From an archaeon (GTDB lineage: Archaea; Asgardarchaeota; Thorarchaeia; Thorarchaeales; Thorarchaeaceae): 24,153 bases of DNA. Positions 18,205-24,153 of the stretch are shown in pieces (position 1 is the stretch's first letter; each line of letters opens with the position of its first letter). A model generated the notes under the pieces. It was not told the origin of the DNA and did no database searches. It saw nothing but the letters and a program-made list of their open reading frames with translations. The stretch is taken from positions 1 to 24,153 of the forward strand of contig JAJRWI010000076.1 of NCBI GenBank assembly GCA_024276825.1. The letters are read 5' to 3'. Position numbers and translations under genes: made by a program.

Positions 18205-18328
18205 TTCAGACTTCTATGGAGTTGATGATCCTGCAAATCTGCAACTGCCCGACAATCATGAGTCTCATATGTCGCGACAAAACAAATAATATAGTGAAGA
18301 CTGGGCGAAGAACAAGGGAGCATTGGCA

Positions 18329-19021
18329 ATGAGCAATGGCCTTCAAAGAATCTTCAACAAGACTGCTTCAACATATGAGATGATTAACCATCTACTAACA
18401 TTAGGTCTTGACATGCTTTGGCGAAAGAAGGTCGCTGAACTAGTTATTGCCAATGGAGGTTCTAAATGGCTAGATGTCTGTAGTGGTACTGGTGAACTTG
18501 CAGCTTGTATGCAAAGAACCGCCTTGCCTGATACTCAAGTAGTGGCTGCAGATTTCTCATATGCAATGTTAAGGGAGGCTCAGAAAAAAAAAGAATTTCA
18601 GCATATACAGCAGGTTCTTGCTGAATCTGGAAGACTGCCCTTCAAAAATAACTCATTTGATATTGTGACCATTTCATATGCAACACGAAATCTTTGTCCA
18701 ACAGAGAAGCGACTCATGTCTTACCTCCAAGAATTTCATCGTGTTCTTAAGCCAGGTGGCGTTTTTGTCAACCTTGAAACAAGTCAACCAAGGTCACCTA
18801 CTATTCGAAGAATTTATCATCTATATGTGAAGCTTGCAGTGGCGAAATTGGGAAGCTTGATTTCTGGTTCAAAATCAGGATATAGATATCTTGCCTATTC
18901 AGTACAGAGGTTTTATGATCCTTTCAAGTTTGCTGCAGTACTTCGTGCTGTGGGGTTTAGAAAGGTCGGGTTCAAGTCATTTCTTTTTGGCGCTTTTGCC
19001 ATACATCAGGCTATTGCATGA
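18329..19021 (+). CDS. UbiE/MenG-family (ubiquinone/menaquinone biosynthesis) SAM-dependent methyltransferase
   Basis: IF...A.TYE.INHLLTLGLD.LWR, motif I LDVCSGTGE, ADFS..ML, LPF..NSFD.VTISY..RN, EFHRVLKPGG..V.LE, Y.YL..SV..F. Start is ATG 18329 or TTG 18323, after AAGGGAG. Confidence 0.88.
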   Translation: MSNGLQRIFNKTASTYEMINHLLTLGLDMLWRKKVAELVIANGGSKWLDVCSGTGELAACMQRTALPDTQVVAADFSYAMLREAQKKKEFQHIQQVLAESGRLPFKNNSFDIVTISYATRNLCPTEKRLMSYLQEFHRVLKPGGVFVNLETSQPRSPTIRRIYHLYVKLAVAKLGSLISGSKSGYRYLAYSVQRFYDPFKFAAVLRAVGFRKVGFKSFLFGAFAIHQAIA

Positions 19022-19098
19022 AATAAGGCGACTTGCAGCATTTTAAAATCGCACTGCATGTGCAACGTAAGAATCAAACAAAGTCAATGCTAGAGATT

Positions 19099-21219
19099 TC
19101 AGTGTTGTCTTGATTTTATTTCTTTATAACAAGCAACAGCGATTACTATTGCCGAAACTCCTACTATCGAGTATTGCGCAATAATCAGGGGGTGCGTCTG
19201 AATAGAGACCATGGTCGTCCATTTTGCAACATTTCCAGCCTCGTCATACACAACAATAGTAATGTTATGGACTCCTGGGTTCAATGAACTCAGGGGGATA
19301 ACAATGCTGCCTGAACGTGTGGATTCACTACTGTATAAAGTTCCATCAATATAGACCCAATATTCCATTGGATTTGAATCCCAGAGTTCAATGATCAGAT
19401 CAACTGTAAGTTCTCCCATTATTAGCGATATTTCTGCTGGAGCTATTATTCTGGGTGGCGTGATATCAGCATCTCCCAAAGCAAGGGGATAACGATCCAC
19501 ATTCTCACCATTGCCTGGAATATGATATACTCCTGTTCCATTATAATCACTCCAATGATTGCCCATGTCAACCCCATTGTCCCATTGTGCATTCACTGCA
19601 GTTGAATAGGCATTCCCCAATGCATTTGAGTCAAAGATATTCCCATGTATCTGATGCATGTCACCATCATTCAAGACTAGGCCATAACCCTGATTCATTA
19701 TGAACTCGTTTGATTTAATTGTCATTTTACCTGTAGTATTGCAACGAATTCCATCTCCCATGTTCTCTATGATTTTATTGTCACTCAAGAAGTCATTACT
19801 TGTGAAGCCAAAAAAGACCCCCGCTTCTGAAAATGAACTTATTCTATTAGAGATATAGTCACAATAATTATTAAAAACACCATAAATGCCATAGTGGCCA
19901 CCTCTTAATATATTGTTAGCGATTTTTGAATATGTTAGATCCAATCCATGAATTCCATAATAACTATTCATTATTTCATTATGAGAAACCTCGAGAGAAT
20001 TAGAACTACTTAAATCAAGGGCATTTGTCGAGTTGTCAAAATAATTATTGACAATTGTGATGGCACGGGACTCATAGATTTCAATACCATTTTGGCAATT
20101 CCAGAAAGTGCATTGTTGAATACTGCTTGACTCGGAGAACTCGATATAAACGCCAGAGACTAAGGCATTTTCGAATTGCACATTGGAAACCTCTATTTGG
20201 TTGGAAAATGCAATCTGCACAGGTTTAGTGGTCCCATACATGTTGCCCGAATTAAGCACTATGTTCTGACTGTTTGCAATAATAATCTGTCCCCACTGAG
20301 TTGCATTGATAACCAAATTGTTATCATTAAAGCAATACAACAATGGCTTTGATGATATATACACCTCATTGAAATCAATATCCCAATGAAAAACAGAACT
20401 GCCCATAATACTTACTCCAGTGTCGAGAAAGCAATTGGTTATGGTTGAGTTTGTTGATAAATATATTTGAATACTGGATAACTCTGTGCCAATTGTTGTA
20501 ATATTATTGATGACAACATTATCTGAAGTGTAAAGAGAGATTCCGTATGTGGCCCCGATTGATCTTGAATTCTCGATTGTACTATTATTTAGATATAAAC
20601 TCAACATTATTGATGATACATTGAAGAACTCGTTATTAGAAAAATGACAAGATGATGATGAAAACAGAATTATGGATGCATCAGAAGATGTGAAAGTTGA
20701 ATCAAAAATATTGCATGAGATGACATTAAAAACAACAACATCATTGTCATTTGAAATAAAAAGAGAATTCGAAATATTGCTATAATTCGAATATCTAATA
20801 CTTATGCCTGTATAAAGATTAATGAATACCGAATTATTGATCTGGCAATTGGCCGAGTTATTAAGACGTATTCCAGTATCATAATCAATTGAGGGGATGA
20901 ACAAGCAATCATTAATGAGGATATGTGCATTCACATTTGAGATTGATATTCCAAACCCTTCTGCGGTTATATTAAGTCCGCTAATTATGAATGGATCCGA
21001 CGGTGTTCCTTCTCCTGGCCAGCCTTGACTAATCAGGTCTTGAATTGATGATATACTAATTGGTTCATGTTGTATATATGTTTCAGAAAGCTTGGGTATA
21101 CTTTGATTTTCAAGATTATTTACTTGATCTGAAGTGGCCTGCGAGTTTAGATAGGTCATTGGTCTGATAAGTGATAGCGATAGCAGTGTCATAATCAGGC
21201 CATATATTCGCATCTTCAT
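19099..21219 (-). CDS. Secreted right-handed parallel beta-helix (NosD/CASH-like) surface protein with Ig-like domain and C-terminal TM anchor
   Basis: Signal peptide from ATG 21219. HEPISI...WPGEGTPSDPFIISGLNI cap, many N/I/S-rich GI.l..s.n..I.nN repeats, WDNG..GNHWSDY.G...Y.IPG....DRYPL, Ig-like DITPP...G.HNITIVVYDEAGN, TM helix and basic tail. Confidence 0.88.
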   Translation of the reverse strand: MKMRIYGLIMTLLSLSLIRPMTYLNSQATSDQVNNLENQSIPKLSETYIQHEPISISSIQDLISQGWPGEGTPSDPFIISGLNITAEGFGISISNVNAHILINDCLFIPSIDYDTGIRLNNSANCQINNSVFINLYTGISIRYSNYSNISNSLFISNDNDVVVFNVISCNIFDSTFTSSDASIILFSSSSCHFSNNEFFNVSSIMLSLYLNNSTIENSRSIGATYGISLYTSDNVVINNITTIGTELSSIQIYLSTNSTITNCFLDTGVSIMGSSVFHWDIDFNEVYISSKPLLYCFNDNNLVINATQWGQIIIANSQNIVLNSGNMYGTTKPVQIAFSNQIEVSNVQFENALVSGVYIEFSESSSIQQCTFWNCQNGIEIYESRAITIVNNYFDNSTNALDLSSSNSLEVSHNEIMNSYYGIHGLDLTYSKIANNILRGGHYGIYGVFNNYCDYISNRISSFSEAGVFFGFTSNDFLSDNKIIENMGDGIRCNTTGKMTIKSNEFIMNQGYGLVLNDGDMHQIHGNIFDSNALGNAYSTAVNAQWDNGVDMGNHWSDYNGTGVYHIPGNGENVDRYPLALGDADITPPRIIAPAEISLIMGELTVDLIIELWDSNPMEYWVYIDGTLYSSESTRSGSIVIPLSSLNPGVHNITIVVYDEAGNVAKWTTMVSIQTHPLIIAQYSIVGVSAIVIAVACYKEIKSRQH

Positions 21220-21265
21220 TCCAAGTTGCTTCTCCCTAGTTCTAACAAATGCAATTTTCAATCAA

Positions 21266-21280
21266 GTTTAATATATATAC
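21266..21280 (-). promoter_or_regulatory. Probable archaeal TATA box for the beta-helix gene
   Basis: Minus-strand GTATATATATTAAAC about 50 nt upstream of ATG 21219, leaving a short leader with an AGGGAG RBS. Confidence 0.45.
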
Positions 21281-21292
21281 TGAATTGAATAA

Positions 21293-23176
21293 TCATTGAC
21301 TGTCTAAGTTCTGCAAATCTATAAAATGTTTGATTACATCTTCCGAGTTATCTGCATCGATAAAAATCGGAACTGAATCAAGACCTGTTGCAATATAACT
21401 GGAAAGAAGCCATGAGCCTGGCGGAAACTCCAAAGTTTTATCGAGTATGCTGAGGTCAATCTGAAATGAACTGCTAACTACGGTTCTGTCGTATGGTCTT
21501 GGAAGTGTTCCTATAAAGAATGTATGAAGTTGTTGAAGCACATTTGTATTAAGATAAGCGATTCTCTGGGTAGCTATTGCTCCGCCAAGGCCATATTTTC
21601 TGCCCTGCCTTAGAAGTCGTTCAATAGCTTTACTACATCTCTCAGTTGTGCCACTCGCTCTTGATGGAATGAACTCTTGAGCCTCATCAAAGACAAACAG
21701 TATCTGGGGCTTAATTTCAAACTTCTTTTTTCGATACTTCAGTGCAGCACCAGTAAGACGAATAATAAGGTCTCTAAGCGTGTCAGGTTCGGACATGGAT
21801 ATACAGATTAATCTCTCTGGGCCACTCAGCATGTTTAGTATATCTTTAATTGTGCACCCTACCTGCTTTGCATCCCTTGCTCGTTTCAGTGCCCCAATCA
21901 GAGTACCACGAGTATTTGCCCATCCATAGATTGAGGCCCCTTTGTAGACAGAGAACTTTTCCATGGCTTCTGTAGCAACTCTGGCCAATTCATTTATGAA
22001 CTCCTCATCTAATGTGTGCTCTGGTTTCTTGCCATTTTGATCCATCCAATCCATCACAAAATACAGAATCTCCTCCATAGCTTGGATATAGGTTGGCCTA
22101 TCGGTCGAAATTCCTGCTAGTTGATCATTAATCTCTTGGATTACACCATCATAAGTTGGAGTCCTTGTAAGTGGCTGGTTGTAGAAGGTTACTATGTCCA
22201 AATCATAGATCTTCCTTAGGATTTCAGAAGCAGTTGGTTCATCCTCAAAATCTCTTGGCTTGACAATGGACCTTGCAAACTCTTCTGCATTAGTGGCCTC
22301 CTCCTCAAGGATGATTTTACTTGAAATCTTTGGATCAACGAACACATCGGACAATAGAAATGGGTATTCGGAGCTGATATCAAAAATAACGATCTTTGTG
22401 TCCTCTGTGTGATATAGAATTCGTCTAAACAGATTTGAGAGTAGGTTGCTCTTTCCGCCTCCCGTGAATGAGAAAACACCAAAGTGATAACGAACTAATT
22501 TGTATAGGTCAACATAAACTGGAATCTTCTTTTTGCTCTCCATAAACATTCGCAATGTGCCAACCCGTGGGTCTTTCCTTGGATCTGGCGATGTGAACTT
22601 TCTTGTGAACCCAATAGCCTCCTTGATTGAAGCATTATAGATTCTGTCTATTGTGTCAATATTGATGATGTGGACCTTATCGCCAACCAGTGGGTATGAG
22701 AATCCCTTTTTGAACTCGAGCTCACCCTCTGCATCAACAACCAAATCGTAGTTTATTGGAATCGCAGACATCTGAATCATCATTGTTGCACTGTCATTTG
22801 TGGCCCAGTCAGGGACTACTTGTTCTATGATCTCCATCTGAAATGGATAATAATGACTATCGCTGATCCCTCCGAGACCATAGTGCTGAGGCCATACCTT
22901 GCTAACAACCATTACAGTGAATCTCTGGATGCCATCTTCTTCAGCACGCCTTGATTGTCCCCTGAAATTTCTCACTGCAATCATCATGCCTTCTTCGAGA
23001 ACAGCCATCAGCTCTTTGTGGTATTTCACCTTGATTCTACAGTCATACCTCGCTGCAGAGCCTGCCCATTCTGATGTGTAATTTGCAGCAACTGGAACAA
23101 CTCTTGCAAGCACACCCTCAAATATGCCATCAAAATCAGTGAAGTATTTTTCAGCCAAATTTTCTTGTTCGCTCAA
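21293..23176 (-). CDS. HerA/FtsK-superfamily ATPase (HerA-like helicase/translocase, DUF87 type)
   Basis: Beta-rich N-terminal (HAS-barrel-like) region, HFGVFSFTGGGKSN (Walker A), IVIFDISSEY, Walker B ILFVFDEAQEF, arginine finger LRQGRKYGLG, ATQR. TTG 23176 follows GGAGGT. Confidence 0.9.
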   Translation of the reverse strand: MSEQENLAEKYFTDFDGIFEGVLARVVPVAANYTSEWAGSAARYDCRIKVKYHKELMAVLEEGMMIAVRNFRGQSRRAEEDGIQRFTVMVVSKVWPQHYGLGGISDSHYYPFQMEIIEQVVPDWATNDSATMMIQMSAIPINYDLVVDAEGELEFKKGFSYPLVGDKVHIINIDTIDRIYNASIKEAIGFTRKFTSPDPRKDPRVGTLRMFMESKKKIPVYVDLYKLVRYHFGVFSFTGGGKSNLLSNLFRRILYHTEDTKIVIFDISSEYPFLLSDVFVDPKISSKIILEEEATNAEEFARSIVKPRDFEDEPTASEILRKIYDLDIVTFYNQPLTRTPTYDGVIQEINDQLAGISTDRPTYIQAMEEILYFVMDWMDQNGKKPEHTLDEEFINELARVATEAMEKFSVYKGASIYGWANTRGTLIGALKRARDAKQVGCTIKDILNMLSGPERLICISMSEPDTLRDLIIRLTGAALKYRKKKFEIKPQILFVFDEAQEFIPSRASGTTERCSKAIERLLRQGRKYGLGGAIATQRIAYLNTNVLQQLHTFFIGTLPRPYDRTVVSSSFQIDLSILDKTLEFPPGSWLLSSYIATGLDSVPIFIDADNSEDVIKHFIDLQNLDSQ

Positions 23177-24153
23177 CTTCAGACCTCCTCTCACGAAATG
23201 TGCTTAGGTAAAACAGAAACTCTCTTAGCTCAGGATTACTTGTTAGCCATGATCCAGTACTCTCCACCATTGCTTTAAACTGTTTATAGTAGTATTTGGC
23301 AATTTTGTCTGCAAGGAACAGTGGCTTGATGTGACCAAACAACTCTGGGATGTTGTTGCTAGTAAATGCCTTCATAAGGTTCAACACAAAGGCCTGCATT
23401 GGGTTTGGCGTGTTTAGATAAATGATCAGTTCAAGAGGATCGCACTGATTTACATCATTGTAGTAATCGTGTTCCATAGATATTGTATGGCCACCATCAA
23501 GGTCGACCTCTGGAAACACAAGTCGATCATAGAGTAATACATTGCTCCTGAGTTTCTTATCGGAATGTGCCTGACAGAGCTGAAAGTAACTCTTTACAAA
23601 TGTCTTTTCTAGCGAGATCTGATTCCTTCTAGCTCCTGAGACCTTTCCCTTAACTCCACCAAAATGGGGCACTACAGTCTTGAATGCGGTATCATATTCT
23701 ATTGTTGCCCATGGAACTTCCAGACACAGGCGCTCCTTAAGCGAGACCCATTGTAGAATCATCCTGTCAGTGTCTGGAATGTCTTTAAGATGTTCTAGAT
23801 TCACATTCAGTGCGCCCACATGATTGAGGACTGGAATCAATTGCCGCTTGAGGTCTCGTGCTGATGAGTCCTTTGCTACTCCGATCAACAACGTTTTATT
23901 CTGCCACGCTTTATTCATGGCCAAGTACAGCGATACTAAGCTTAGAAATGAGATATCAGTAGTTGTGATCCAACGGTTTCCAACCTTATATCGTTCTTCG
24001 AATGTTATTGTGTCATCTTCTGCAAAAATCCTCTCGCAGACCTCAGTAACCAACCTTTCCATTCGACCAAAGATGTTCCTAAACTTGGGGTTAAGAACAT
24101 AATAGTCCTTCTTCCTTATCAGAATATTATCATGATCAGCAGATTTCTTAATC
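23151..24153 (-). CDS. NurA-like nuclease (5'-partial, continues beyond the window)
   Basis: The frame stays open from 24062 to the window edge. LLIGVAKDSSARDL and PELFGHIKPLFLADKIAK resemble the NurA GxxKxS and GYPxPLxxAD/H motifs. Overlaps the herA-like start by 26 nt. Confidence 0.75.
   Translation of the reverse strand, partial: IKKSADHDNILIRKKDYYVLNPKFRNIFGRMERLVTEVCERIFAEDDTITFEERYKVGNRWITTTDISFLSLVSLYLAMNKAWQNKTLLIGVAKDSSARDLKRQLIPVLNHVGALNVNLEHLKDIPDTDRMILQWVSLKERLCLEVPWATIEYDTAFKTVVPHFGGVKGKVSGARRNQISLEKTFVKSYFQLCQAHSDKKLRSNVLLYDRLVFPEVDLDGGHTISMEHDYYNDVNQCDPLELIIYLNTPNPMQAFVLNLMKAFTSNNIPELFGHIKPLFLADKIAKYYYKQFKAMVESTGSWLTSNPELREFLFYLSTFRERRSEVERTRKFG

Noticed and set aside
18205-18260. 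TAG readthrough (pyrrolysine) extending the 151-aa ORF upstream
   Set aside because: A TGA follows within about 14 codons upstream, and the added peptide has no recognisable features.
19099-21219. AT-rich beta-helix gene as a horizontally acquired island, or as true nosD
   Set aside because: The low GC is explained by Asn/Ile/Ser-rich repeats. No mobility genes, flanking repeats or nos cluster are present.
260-24102. Numerous 60-170 aa ORFs antisense to or nested in the main genes (e.g. 2755-3255, 4480-4803, 11912-12280, 13888-14244, 17272-17667, 23824-24102)
   Set aside because: They are shadow ORFs overlapping well-supported genes, with no motifs or RBS support.

Overview
Gene-dense archaeal chromosomal segment, most likely from an Asgard archaeon (Thorarchaeia-like). 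This is inferred, not proven, from a Ras/Rab-like GTPase domain, SBBP and NosD/beta-helix surface proteins, paired ~930-aa FtsX-type permeases, an FrhB/FpoF-family protein, GGAGG/GGTGA RBSs and frequent TTG starts. Gene order: SBBP beta-propeller surface protein; long-chain acyl-CoA ligase; divergent APRT-like protein head-to-head with a large Ras/Rab-like protein with degenerate G1/G3 motifs (candidate pseudo-GTPase); C4+C2H2 zinc-finger protein; 4-TM protein with a helix-hairpin-helix-like tail; MacB/LolCDE-type ABC operon (ATPase, two permeases, ATPase-AbrB fusion) plus a 2-TM microprotein; FrhB/FpoF-like protein; gamma-glutamyltransferase; an uncertain ORF; MenG/UbiE methyltransferase; beta-helix surface protein; and a nurA-like/herA pair running off the right edge. 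No rRNA, tRNA, CRISPR array or transposase was recognised. The best candidates for undescribed biology are the 4.2-7.3 kb cluster of degenerate enzymes and putative nucleic-acid binders, the AbrB-fused ABC exporter and the nurA-herA pair with no mre11/rad50 in the window. All calls come from motif reading only; no searches were run.
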